Source: Candidatus Latescibacterota bacterium (GTDB lineage Bacteria; Latescibacterota; UBA2968; GCA-2709665). From it: 64,000 nt of DNA. This document shows positions 23,055-32,631 of the stretch, one piece after another (the stretch's first letter is position 1; every line of letters begins with the position of its first letter). Below the pieces are notes generated by a model. That model worked only from the letters and a program-made list of their open reading frames with translations. It ran no database searches and was not told the origin of the DNA. Position numbers and translations under genes: made by a program. Location of the stretch: contig OZ250150.1 in the NCBI GenBank assembly GCA_965237675.1, forward strand, positions 3,456,001 to 3,520,000, in the 5' to 3' direction.

Positions 23055-24959
23055 ATGGGGCGGTTCTATATTACAACGCCGATTTACTATGTGAATGACG
23101 AGCCTCATATCGGGCATGCATATACGACCATCATGGCGGATGTGTTTGCCCGCTATCATCGTGTTATGGGTGACGAAGTGCTGTTTCTAACCGGGACTGA
23201 CGAGCATGGTCAGAAGGTGGCGCAGGCGGCGAACGAACGCGGTATCGATCCGCAGGATCACTGCGACGAGATGGTCGAACGCTTCAGGAGACTGTGGGCG
23301 TCTTTGAATATCTCATACGATGACTTCATCCGTACAACCGAATCCAGGCATCGGCAGGTCGTGCAGAAGATTCTCCAGCGTCTATACGACGCGGGAGAGA
23401 TCTATGCGGACGATTACGAGGGCTGGTATTGCGTGCCCGACGAGCGGTTTTGGACGGAGAAGGATCTGTCGGACGGAAAATGCCCGGAGTGCGGACGGAA
23501 AGTGGCTCGGATTTCGGAGAAAAATTATTTCTTCAGAATGGGGCAATATCAGGAATGGCTGATCGACCACATCCGAGACGATTCACGGTTTGTTCTTCCT
23601 GTTTCGCGCAGAAACGAGATGCTCGGGTTTCTGCGCCGGCCATTGAACGATTTATGCATCTCCCGCCCGAAAGCCCGCTTGTCTTGGGGCATTCCGTTGC
23701 CATTTGACAATTCGTTTGTATGTTATGTCTGGTTCGATGCGCTGATCAATTACATCACAGCTGCTGGTTATCTTCAGGACACCGAAGTATTTGCACGGTG
23801 GTGGCCCGCCTCCTGCCACCTGATCGGCAAAGATATTCTGACCACGCACTGCATTTATTGGCCGACGATGTTGAAGGCAATGGGTATAGAGACTCCCGAT
23901 ACCGTGGTGGCCCACGGATGGTGGCTCGTCGACGACGAAAAGATGAGCAAGTCTCTTGGCAATGCGATTCGTCCCCTGGATCTGGCGGAGAAATACGGCG
24001 TGGACGCCTTTCGATATTTTCTGGTTCGCGAGATGGTTCTGGGGATGGATAGCAGTTTCGGCGAAACGGGATTCGTCCACCGGTATAATTCCGAATTGGC
24101 GAACGATCTCGGCAATTTACTGAATCGCACCGTCGTTATGGCCAATCGATATCTGGGAGGGCGCGTGCCAGCGGCAGATGTTAACCACCCTGTCCTGTCC
24201 ACGATAAAGGAACAGGCCCGGAAAACGCTGGATGGCGTGATCGACGCGCTGGGAAATATGAATCCCACGGGAATTCTGGATGCGATCTGGGACCTCGTGC
24301 GGCAGGCCAATCGCTTTGCCGAAGCGCAGGCGCCGTGGAACCTGGCCAGAGATCCGGACAGTAGGGATACACTGGAGGCAACAATCTACGGCCTTCTCGA
24401 GACGATGCGCTATCTCGCGGTGTTGCTCTTTCCCGTATTACCCGGTAAGTCAGAGGAGATCTGGGAGCAAATTGGTGCGGAGGGGGATCTGAAAACGCAG
24501 AATATTCATGGTCTTCATCCCTGGGGCGGGTTGCGCGCGGGAGGGGCGGTTAAGGCACGCGGCCCGATTTTTCCCAGGATCAATGTGTTGGAAGAGGACC
24601 TCTCGGAGAAACCCGATATGGCTGACAGGAAAGAGGATCTGGTTTCGTTCAAGGAGTTTCAGAAGCTTGAGTTACGCGTTGCCAGGGTGGAATCTGCATC
24701 CCGAGTCCCTGGCGCCGACCGCCTGCTGACACTACATGTCAACCTGGGTAACGAACAACGCCAGATTGTGGCCGGTGTGGCGGAACATTATTCCCCCGAA
24801 TCGCTGGTGGGGCGTCAGATTGTGATGGTGGCCAATCTGGAGCCGGCGACCATCCGGGGCGTGGCGTCGGAAGGGATGCTCCTTGCGGCTTCGGCGGACG
24901 GACGTGTTGCACTGCTGCGGCCGGACGCAGACGTTCCGGACGGAGCGGAGGTCGGCTGA
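23055..24959 (+). CDS. metG: Methionine--tRNA ligase with C-terminal tRNA-binding domain
   Basis: FYITTPIYYVN, HIGH, YVWFDALINY, KMSKS, Trbp111-like tail. Confidence 0.98.
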   Translation: MGRFYITTPIYYVNDEPHIGHAYTTIMADVFARYHRVMGDEVLFLTGTDEHGQKVAQAANERGIDPQDHCDEMVERFRRLWASLNISYDDFIRTTESRHRQVVQKILQRLYDAGEIYADDYEGWYCVPDERFWTEKDLSDGKCPECGRKVARISEKNYFFRMGQYQEWLIDHIRDDSRFVLPVSRRNEMLGFLRRPLNDLCISRPKARLSWGIPLPFDNSFVCYVWFDALINYITAAGYLQDTEVFARWWPASCHLIGKDILTTHCIYWPTMLKAMGIETPDTVVAHGWWLVDDEKMSKSLGNAIRPLDLAEKYGVDAFRYFLVREMVLGMDSSFGETGFVHRYNSELANDLGNLLNRTVVMANRYLGGRVPAADVNHPVLSTIKEQARKTLDGVIDALGNMNPTGILDAIWDLVRQANRFAEAQAPWNLARDPDSRDTLEATIYGLLETMRYLAVLLFPVLPGKSEEIWEQIGAEGDLKTQNIHGLHPWGGLRAGGAVKARGPIFPRINVLEEDLSEKPDMADRKEDLVSFKEFQKLELRVARVESASRVPGADRLLTLHVNLGNEQRQIVAGVAEHYSPESLVGRQIVMVANLEPATIRGVASEGMLLAASADGRVALLRPDADVPDGAEVG

Positions 24960-24964
24960 GAACA

Positions 24965-25729
24965 ATGCTTGTCGATACCCATGCTCATCTGAATTTCCCG
25001 GAGTTTCTGGGGGAGGAAGATTCGATAATCCGGCGGGCTCGTGCGGAAGGGGTAGAACGGATTGTCAACGTGGGCACAAACCTGGATATGAGCCTGAGGG
25101 CGCTGGATCTGGCTTTGCGGCACGAGGGAATCTATGCAACGGTGGGGTTCCATCCGCACGACGTCGAACTGGCCGACGCGTCCGGCTTGGAGGCGCTGAA
25201 GCGGCTGGCATCCAGGGAAAACGTTGTGGCGGTTGGTGAGACGGGTCTGGATTTTTTTCGGAATTATGCGCCTCGGGATCTTCAGGAGCGGATGTTCCGG
25301 TTCCATATCCGGCTGGCACGGCAGGCGGGACTTCCGCTTGTCATCCACAGTCGCGGCGCGGAGGACCGGGTAATGGAGATTCTCGAGGCCGAAGGCGGCA
25401 ATGCGGCTGGCGGGGCGTTGCACTGTTTTGGCGGAAATCCGGCCCAGGCGAAGCGGGCCGTGGATCTCGGCTTCCATCTGGGATTTGGCGGAACAGTAAC
25501 GTATAAGCGCTCGCCATCATTGTCTGTGGCGATGGACATACCGTCCGATCGGGTGCTATTGGAGACCGATTGCCCGTTTCTTGCGCCGGTCCCGCATCGG
25601 GGTCGGCGGAACGAACCGGCATACGTGAGGCATATTGCCGAGTTCCTGGCCGGATGCACGGACGAGCCGTTCGGCACGTTTGCCACTCGAACCTCGGAGA
25701 ATGCCCGCCGGCTTTTCGGGTTGACGTGA
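24965..25729 (+). CDS. tatD: TatD-family nuclease
   Basis: DTHAH, GFHPH, VGETGLD, HSR, HCF, LETDCPFLAP. Confidence 0.95.
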   Translation: MLVDTHAHLNFPEFLGEEDSIIRRARAEGVERIVNVGTNLDMSLRALDLALRHEGIYATVGFHPHDVELADASGLEALKRLASRENVVAVGETGLDFFRNYAPRDLQERMFRFHIRLARQAGLPLVIHSRGAEDRVMEILEAEGGNAAGGALHCFGGNPAQAKRAVDLGFHLGFGGTVTYKRSPSLSVAMDIPSDRVLLETDCPFLAPVPHRGRRNEPAYVRHIAEFLAGCTDEPFGTFATRTSENARRLFGLT

Positions 25730-26559
25730 TGACGAAGCCCAAAAAGGGCCTTGCGCAGCATTTCTTGACCGACGCAGGGGCTGTCCAAAGGATCGTTCGG
25801 GCGGCTGGTATCCGAGCGGACGATCTGGTGGTGGAAGTTGGTCCGGGCCGCGGCGCGTTGACCGGCCCGTTGGCGGCACAGTCGGCCAGGGTGATCGGGA
25901 TCGAACGGGATGATGCGTTGTGTGTCTTCCTGCGGGCGAAGTTCGGCCGGAGATTGCGTCTGCATAACCAGGATGTGTTAACGGTAGATTTTCGTAAACT
26001 GATTCGTGAGGAGGGGTTTGAACGGGCGATTCTGCTGGGAAACCTGCCGTTCAACATCACGGGTGCGGTTGTTCGGCGAATCCTGGATGCCCGGTTCCAG
26101 TTTAAACGAGCGGTACTGACCGTTCAGCGCGAGGTTGCCCGACGGATTGTTGCCGCGCCGGGCAACAGGGACTATGGAGTTCTGTCGATTGCCGTTCAAC
26201 TGCACACTCGGCCGAAGATATTGTTCGACCTGACTCCCGGCGTTTTTTTTCCGGCACCCAGGGTCGTTTCCTCGGTTATTCGGTTGGAATTCGATGGGGA
26301 GGCCCCCTTCCGGGTGAAGGATGAGGAATTTTTCTTTCGAGTCGTCCGTACGGCCTTCGGTCAACGGCGAAAGATGTTGAAGAATACCCTGCTGGGAATG
26401 GTAAATGGGAAGACGGAGAGCCTGCAACGCGTGGGTGCGGCTTCGGAGGTCGACTTCAGGTTGCGACCGGAAGCGATTTCTATATCGCAGTTTGAGCGGA
26501 TTTGCTGCGCGCTCAAGGAAAATTCCGAAACCAGCGGAAAGAATTACGGGCACCGCTAG
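25729..26559 (+). CDS. rsmA: 16S rRNA m6,2A1518/1519 dimethyltransferase RsmA/KsgA
   Basis: PKKGLAQHFL, VEVGPGRGALT, GNLPFNIT, QREVA, FGQRRKML. Confidence 0.95.
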   Translation: MTKPKKGLAQHFLTDAGAVQRIVRAAGIRADDLVVEVGPGRGALTGPLAAQSARVIGIERDDALCVFLRAKFGRRLRLHNQDVLTVDFRKLIREEGFERAILLGNLPFNITGAVVRRILDARFQFKRAVLTVQREVARRIVAAPGNRDYGVLSIAVQLHTRPKILFDLTPGVFFPAPRVVSSVIRLEFDGEAPFRVKDEEFFFRVVRTAFGQRRKMLKNTLLGMVNGKTESLQRVGAASEVDFRLRPEAISISQFERICCALKENSETSGKNYGHR

Positions 26560-26832
26560 CGGTCGCGCGGACCCCTTCACCTTAGGTCGCGAATGGTGCC
26601 ATGCCGAATTGCTGCACCGGCCCCTACCCCGTCCACATCAGGTGTCGTGGATCTGTGCGCCGATGAACAAGGAGTCGGTTTGTATCAAGGTGAATCGACC
26701 GGATGATTACGCGCCTCTCGCAGCCTGCATCGGATCGGCGGCTGGGGGAGATGGTTGTTTCGATGCAAGCGAGATGTCTTCGGGGAAAGACTTCCGCGGG
26801 ATCCACATCCATTCATCCAGAAGGGATTAGAA

Positions 26833-27762
26833 ATGCCTCCGATGCCGAAGGCGGATAAGATCTGGTTTAACGGAAAGTTTGTGGATTGGGACGACGCAAG
26901 GATCCACGTGTTGTCGCACGTCGTGCATTATGGATCCAGCGTATTTGAGGGGGTTCGCTGTTACAATACGCGAAAAGGACCGGCCTGTTTCCGATTGGCC
27001 GATCATGTGAATCGCCTGTTCGATTCCGCCAAGATATACCGGATGCCAATTCCTTATAGCCATGAGGAATTGTCTCAGGCCATTCTCGAAGCCATCCGCA
27101 GGAACGGACTTCAGGCCTGTTATGTGCGCCCCATCGTCTTTCGAGGATACGGGAGTCTGGGTGTGGATCCCTCGTCCTGTCCCGTTGAAGTCGTAATCGC
27201 CGTGTGGGAATGGGGCGCCTATCTGGGCGAAGAGGCCCTGGAAAAAGGGGTTGCGGTCCGGGTTTCCTCGTGGAACCGGCTCGCGCCGAATACGATGCCG
27301 TCGTTGGCGAAGGTAGGCGCCAACTACATGAACTCGCAGCTGATAAAGCTGGAGGCGCTCGCCGACGGATACGTGGAAGGAATCGCGCTGGATGCGCAGG
27401 GCCACGTCAGCGAAGCCAGCGGAGAAAATATCTTTATGGTAAAAAACGGCGCGATCTACACCCCCTCGACCGGATCGTCGATTCTGCCTGGCATTACCCG
27501 TCATTCGGTGATTACGCTGGCGCGAGATCTGGGATATGCGGTGACTCAGCGAGCCATTCCGAGAGAGTCTTTATATATCGCCGACGAAGTCTTCTTTACC
27601 GGCAGCGCGGCGGAGGTGACGCCAATTGCACAGATCGATCACATTCCGATCGGTGAAGGGACCCGAGGGCCCATTACAAAGGCACTGCAGGACGCTTTTT
27701 TCGGTGTTGTGTCGGGCGATGCGGACGACCGGCATGGCTGGCTGACCTTCGTAAATACGTAA
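26833..27762 (+). CDS. ilvE: Branched-chain amino acid aminotransferase
   Basis: [42 protein letters not shown]. Confidence 0.96.
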   Translation: MPPMPKADKIWFNGKFVDWDDARIHVLSHVVHYGSSVFEGVRCYNTRKGPACFRLADHVNRLFDSAKIYRMPIPYSHEELSQAILEAIRRNGLQACYVRPIVFRGYGSLGVDPSSCPVEVVIAVWEWGAYLGEEALEKGVAVRVSSWNRLAPNTMPSLAKVGANYMNSQLIKLEALADGYVEGIALDAQGHVSEASGENIFMVKNGAIYTPSTGSSILPGITRHSVITLARDLGYAVTQRAIPRESLYIADEVFFTGSAAEVTPIAQIDHIPIGEGTRGPITKALQDAFFGVVSGDADDRHGWLTFVNT

Positions 27763-27827
27763 ACCCGTAAACCCAGGAAACCCGGTTACCACAATCGAAC
27801 ACCGGAAAGGACGTACTGGGCAGGGAT

Positions 27828-28646
27828 ATGGATGAATTCAAGAATAAGAGGATCGCTGTAGTCGGCGCTGGAAATATGGGCGGCGCGTTGATTTCGGGTC
27901 TGGTGCAATCCGGTACTGTACCGCCGGAACGGGTGACGGCCGTGGATATCGACGCGGCATTGTTGGAGGCGCATCACCGTGCGCTCGGCGTGAACACCAG
28001 CCGCGACGCCGCTGCAGTTGCCCCCGAACAGGACGTGGTGGTGCTGGGTTTGAAGCCACAGATGTGGGCCTCCGTTGGAGCGCCGTTGGCGCCGTCACTT
28101 ACCGATGGGCAGATGGTGCTTTCGATAATGGGCGGCGTGCGGACCGGCGCGATTGAAAAGGTCCTCGGCGGGCGGGTTCCGGTTGTTCGGGCGATGCCGA
28201 ATATTCTGGCGCAGATTCGCGCGTCTGTCGCGGCGATTTGCGCGGGCCGATTCGCGCGGGAAGCGCATATGGCCACGGCTGAAGCCATCTTGGAAACGGT
28301 CGGTGAGTCGGTACGGTTGGACGAACCGCAGATGGATGCCGTAACTGGGCTGTCCGGCAGCGGCCCTGCCTTTGTGTATGCGATGATTGATGGGCTTGCC
28401 GATGGCGGCGTGAAGATGGGGATTCCCAAGCCCGTCGCGCTTAAACTGGCGGCTCAAACGGTTTTTGGCAGTGCAAAAATGGTGATTCAAAGCGGGCAGC
28501 ACCCGGCGGTGTTGAAAGACCAGGTGACTTCGGCCGGGGGTACGACCATTGCCGGGTTGCAGGTTCTGGAACAGGCCGGATTTCGCGCTGCGTTGATGGC
28601 GGCGGTGGAGGCTGCGACACGGCGGTCGGAGGAGTTGGGAGCATAG
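27828..28646 (+). CDS. proC: Pyrroline-5-carboxylate reductase
   Basis: GAGNMGGA, VRAMPN, VTGLSGSGPA, VTSAGGTT. Confidence 0.96.
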   Translation: MDEFKNKRIAVVGAGNMGGALISGLVQSGTVPPERVTAVDIDAALLEAHHRALGVNTSRDAAAVAPEQDVVVLGLKPQMWASVGAPLAPSLTDGQMVLSIMGGVRTGAIEKVLGGRVPVVRAMPNILAQIRASVAAICAGRFAREAHMATAEAILETVGESVRLDEPQMDAVTGLSGSGPAFVYAMIDGLADGGVKMGIPKPVALKLAAQTVFGSAKMVIQSGQHPAVLKDQVTSAGGTTIAGLQVLEQAGFRAALMAAVEAATRRSEELGA

Positions 28647-28669
28647 CGGGGTTCCGGTCGGAGGTTGAC

Positions 28670-29275
28670 ATGATTGTGATTGTGGACTGCGGCGTGGGGA
28701 ATCTGCGTAGCGTGCAAAAGGGTTTTGAGCGCGTAGGGCACGCCGCCGTGATTACGGATCGCCCGGAAGATGTGTCCCGCGCGGAACGCGTGGTACTTCC
28801 TGGAGTCGGCGCCTTTGGCGACGCGATGGTGAACCTGAAGGCCGCCGGACTCATCGATCCTCTTATGGAGTCAATTGCCAGCGGTCGTCCTTTCCTTGGG
28901 ATCTGCGTCGGTCTTCAGCTTCTGTTTTCGGAGAGCAATGAGATGGGCCGCCACCGTGGATTTGGCGTTTTGCCGGGTTCCGTGCGTCGGTTCCCAGACG
29001 GAGTGCGAGTGCCGCAGATCGGATGGAACCAGATTCGAATTCAAAGACAGACCCCGCTTTTGACGGGCATTCCCGACGATGCATTTTTCTATTTCGTGCA
29101 TTCGTACTATGTGGATCCCGAAGTGGAGAGCGATTGTGTGGCAAAAACCGATTACGCGCTCGACTACACATCGATTGCGGGCCGGGGGGCCGCGTATGGG
29201 ATTCAGTTTCACCCGGAGAAAAGCCAGGACCTCGGGCTGCGAATTCTCAAGAATTTCGCGGAGCGGGTATGCTAG
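28670..29275 (+). CDS. hisH: Imidazole glycerol phosphate synthase, glutaminase subunit
   Basis: GNLRSV, LPGVGAF, LGICVGLQ, YFVHSY, QFHPEKS. Confidence 0.97.
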   Translation: MIVIVDCGVGNLRSVQKGFERVGHAAVITDRPEDVSRAERVVLPGVGAFGDAMVNLKAAGLIDPLMESIASGRPFLGICVGLQLLFSESNEMGRHRGFGVLPGSVRRFPDGVRVPQIGWNQIRIQRQTPLLTGIPDDAFFYFVHSYYVDPEVESDCVAKTDYALDYTSIAGRGAAYGIQFHPEKSQDLGLRILKNFAERVC

Positions 29276-30057
29276 CGAAACGAATTATACCCTGTCTTGA
29301 CGTCAAGAACGGCCGAAATGTACGAGGAGTGAAGTTCTCGGCCGACCGGGACGCCGGAGACCCTGTTGAACTTGCCCGTCGGTACGACGAGGAAGGGGCT
29401 GACGAGCTTGTTTTTTACGATATTACGGCATCGGCCGAGAAACGAAGGATCGTAGGTGAACTTGTGCGACAGGTATCGGAACAGGTGTTCATCCCGTTTA
29501 CGGTGGGCGGCGGGGTGAGGACTTTTGATGATATTCGCGCGATCATCGAAGGCGGCGCCGAAAAGGCGTCGATCAATTCGGCAGCGATTCGCACGCCGGA
29601 GTTGATTACCCGCGGCGCGGAGCGTTACGGCACACAGGCAATTGTCGGATCGATAGATGCAATTCGTTGCGGTAACATAAAGGGAAAACCAGAGTGGAAA
29701 GTGATGATAGACGGGGGTAGGACGCCAACAGGCAGAGATGCTATCGAATGGGCGATGGAACTGGTCGACAGAGGCGCGGGGGAGTTGGTGTTGAACAGCA
29801 TCGATGCTGACGGCACGAGGGAGGGGTATGACATTGAACTGAACCGCACTGTGGCGGATCTTGTAGACGTGCCGATCGTCGCATCCGGGGGTTCAGGTGG
29901 GCCGCAGCACATGTACCAGGTGCTTCAACAGGGCAGGGCAAGTGCGGCTCTGGCGGCGTCCATTTTTCACTATCGGCACTACAGCATTCCCCAGGTGAAA
30001 GCGTATCTGGCCAGGCGGGGCGTTTGTGTACGGCCCCGCGTTCGGGTGGATTTATGA
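29269..30057 (+). CDS. hisF: Imidazole glycerol phosphate synthase, cyclase subunit
   Basis: MLAKRIIPCLDV, GADELVFYDITAS, DGTREGYD, ALAASIFH. Confidence 0.97.
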   Translation: MLAKRIIPCLDVKNGRNVRGVKFSADRDAGDPVELARRYDEEGADELVFYDITASAEKRRIVGELVRQVSEQVFIPFTVGGGVRTFDDIRAIIEGGAEKASINSAAIRTPELITRGAERYGTQAIVGSIDAIRCGNIKGKPEWKVMIDGGRTPTGRDAIEWAMELVDRGAGELVLNSIDADGTREGYDIELNRTVADLVDVPIVASGGSGGPQHMYQVLQQGRASAALAASIFHYRHYSIPQVKAYLARRGVCVRPRVRVDL

Positions 30058-30152
30058 CGCATCGTCGTAGGATGGAAGGCAAAGGGGCGGTACGAGCAGA
30101 GAACGAAACGACGGGTGATTACGTGCGGAATCGGATTTGCGCCGAGCGAAAG

Positions 30153-31265
30153 ATGCTGTTTGAAAACGTCAGGCGTGTCGTGGTGAAGCTGGGCACGCGT
30201 GTGGTCACGTTGCCGGATCACGCGCTGAATCTGAAGTTGATCGAGCGCCTGGTTTCCGATGTGATCGGATTGCACCGGATGGGAATTGACGTGGCCGTTG
30301 TTTCTTCGGGTGCCGTCGGGGCCGGCATGGGGCGACTGGGTCTGGAGGAGCGGCCGCGACGCCTTTCGGCGTTGCAGGCAACCGCGGCGGTCGGGCAGGG
30401 CCTGGTGATGAATGCGTACAAACTGGCGTTCCGAGCCCATCGCATTCCGGTTGGGCAAGTCCTGCTGACTGCCGATGACCTCGATAACCGGCGTCGTTAT
30501 GTTAACGCGCGGAGCACATTGGATGAGTTGTTTCGATTCGGCGCCGTTCCGATTCTTAACGAGAACGACAGTGTGGCGGTTGAGGAACTCCAGCTTTCGG
30601 TCGGCGACAACGATCGCCTTTCCGCACTCGTGGCACATCTGGTTGACGCGGACCTTCTCGTTATCTTAACCGACGTCGATGGACTTTACTCTGCGGATCC
30701 GGATCGTAACGCCGACGCACGCCTCATTGCGCGGGTTGAGGAGGTCCGTCCCGAAATGATCGAAAGGGCCGGGAAAGCCGGTAGCCATGTGAGTCTGGGC
30801 GGAATGCGTTCAAAACTGGAGGCGGCTCAGAGTGTGATGCGCGGAGGCCGGATGGCGGTAATCGCAAACGGGCACAAGATCGGTTTGGGCCAGATCCTTG
30901 CCGGCTTACCGGCGGGCACACTGTTTCTCGCCGCGAGGGAAAGGCTGCCCGGCCGCAAGCTCTGGATTGCCAATTCCCGGCTGCACGGTGCCGTGGTTGT
31001 GGACGACGGCGCTGTGGATGCAATCGTAAAACGCGGCAAGAGCCTGCTGCCTTCAGGTATCGTCAAGGTCGTCGGCGCCTTTGAGGCCGGAGAGTTGATC
31101 GGTGTGGAAGACAGGCGTCGGCTGGAGGTCGCGCGCGGTTTGGTGAAGTACGGATCGGATGAGGTGCAGCGGATCTTGGGCAAGACAACGGCAGAGGCGG
31201 TGTCGATTTTGGATGTGGAGACGGGGGGAGAGGTGGTTCACCGGGACGATCTGGTCGTGTTGTAG
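30153..31265 (+). CDS. proB: Glutamate 5-kinase (with PUA domain)
   Basis: VVVKLGT, VSSGAV, PILNENDSV, GDNDRLSA, GKSLLPSGI. Start could be GTG 30123. Confidence 0.95.
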   Translation: MLFENVRRVVVKLGTRVVTLPDHALNLKLIERLVSDVIGLHRMGIDVAVVSSGAVGAGMGRLGLEERPRRLSALQATAAVGQGLVMNAYKLAFRAHRIPVGQVLLTADDLDNRRRYVNARSTLDELFRFGAVPILNENDSVAVEELQLSVGDNDRLSALVAHLVDADLLVILTDVDGLYSADPDRNADARLIARVEEVRPEMIERAGKAGSHVSLGGMRSKLEAAQSVMRGGRMAVIANGHKIGLGQILAGLPAGTLFLAARERLPGRKLWIANSRLHGAVVVDDGAVDAIVKRGKSLLPSGIVKVVGAFEAGELIGVEDRRRLEVARGLVKYGSDEVQRILGKTTAEAVSILDVETGGEVVHRDDLVVL

Positions 31266-31455
31266 TCGTCCTCGGCATGGGATGCGGCCACGGGCCGTTT
31301 TCCCGGCAGGCGGCGCATCTTTTGAACCCACGGACGGATTTGGTTGGTGGATGTCGGGTTTATCGATCGGCGAAACGCAGGCGGGAGCGTTACAGTGTTC
31401 CAAACCTTCGCAGAGGATCTTCGGTATGAAATTTTATAGAGGAATGGGTGAATAT

Positions 31456-31773
31456 ATGTACGCGCCCCGCCCCAAGATGTATCGATTCCTGTGGGCGCTG
31501 CCCGCCCTTTGGTTCGTCTATTTGTTTTTCGCGGGAGACAGTGGATATCTGCAAATTCGCCAGCGGAGCCAGCAGATTGAGGCGATGTACAGAGAAATTG
31601 AAACGGTAAGGACCGAAAACCGGCTGTTGGAGGCCAAGGTCGAAATGTTGCAGAACGACCTGGCGATCATTGAGAGGATTGCGCGGGAGCGGTACGGGAT
31701 GGTCAAGGAAAACGAAACGGTCTATATGGTGTACCCGAGTGCGCCGGCGCCAACTTCGGAAGACGAAAAATGA
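31456..31773 (+). CDS. ftsB: Septum formation initiator (FtsB/DivIC family)
   Basis: One TM segment, GDSG, coiled coil, IERIARERYGMVKENE. Confidence 0.85.
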   Translation: MYAPRPKMYRFLWALPALWFVYLFFAGDSGYLQIRQRSQQIEAMYREIETVRTENRLLEAKVEMLQNDLAIIERIARERYGMVKENETVYMVYPSAPAPTSEDEK

Positions 31774-32552
31774 TATTGAAAACCGAAGGGCTGGTTCTGC
31801 GCGGCTATCGGATGAGCGAGAGTAGCAAGGTGGTGGTAATCTATACGCGTACCATGGGCAAGGTGCGGGTGGTTGCCCGGGGCGCCCGGCGCCCCGGGAG
31901 TAAATTCGGCGCCAGCGTGGAGCCGATGACCTGGGGAACTTACGTTTTCTATACCCGTGAAAACAGAGATTTGCAGACCCTGAGCGAGGGTGATATTCTG
32001 TATGCCTTTGAGGGTCTCAAACGGGTCTACCGGCGTCTTGTTTACGCAAGCGCCGTGTGTGATTTGCTGGATCGCATGACGCCTGAAGAAGATCCCAGTT
32101 CCATTCTATGCGGTATCACCCTGGACACGCTGCGGTGGATGGAAACGGTTGAGGAAGTGGCGGTTGAATTGCCGCTCTGGTATTTTCAGCTCAAAGCGGC
32201 TGAGGCACTGGGCTACCGGCCCCATCTGAGCGGCTGTGTCCAATGCGGCGGTCGGATTACCGGCGGCCGGGTGTGTTTCGACGCTGGGCGGGGCGGTACG
32301 GTCTGTCGACGTTGCGAAAGCGGGGGCCTTGCGGTCAAAATGGCTACCATTCAATACCTGGAAAAACTCCAGGTCACACGGGCAGACCGAATCGAAGAGA
32401 AGAGTTTCCAGGCGATCGACACCATTGAAGCGCGCCGTGTATTGCGTGGCTTCTTGTGGCGTCATATCGAGAACCGGGGCCAGGTCAAGTCATTGGATTT
32501 CCTGAATCAGATGTTGGCGGCAGAGGGGCCGTCCGTGCCCTATGGCAGTTGA
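31770..32552 (+). CDS. recO: DNA repair protein RecO
   Basis: KTEGLVLR, ESSKVV, GKVRVVARGARR, CxxC..CxxC zinc finger. Confidence 0.93.
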   Translation: MILKTEGLVLRGYRMSESSKVVVIYTRTMGKVRVVARGARRPGSKFGASVEPMTWGTYVFYTRENRDLQTLSEGDILYAFEGLKRVYRRLVYASAVCDLLDRMTPEEDPSSILCGITLDTLRWMETVEEVAVELPLWYFQLKAAEALGYRPHLSGCVQCGGRITGGRVCFDAGRGGTVCRRCESGGLAVKMATIQYLEKLQVTRADRIEEKSFQAIDTIEARRVLRGFLWRHIENRGQVKSLDFLNQMLAAEGPSVPYGS

Positions 32553-32631
32553 GGGCTGGTCGACGGCAGACCATATACGGAAATAATCGACGGGATATCC
32601 GTCTTTTGGGAAAGGGGAACGGGATAGCGGA

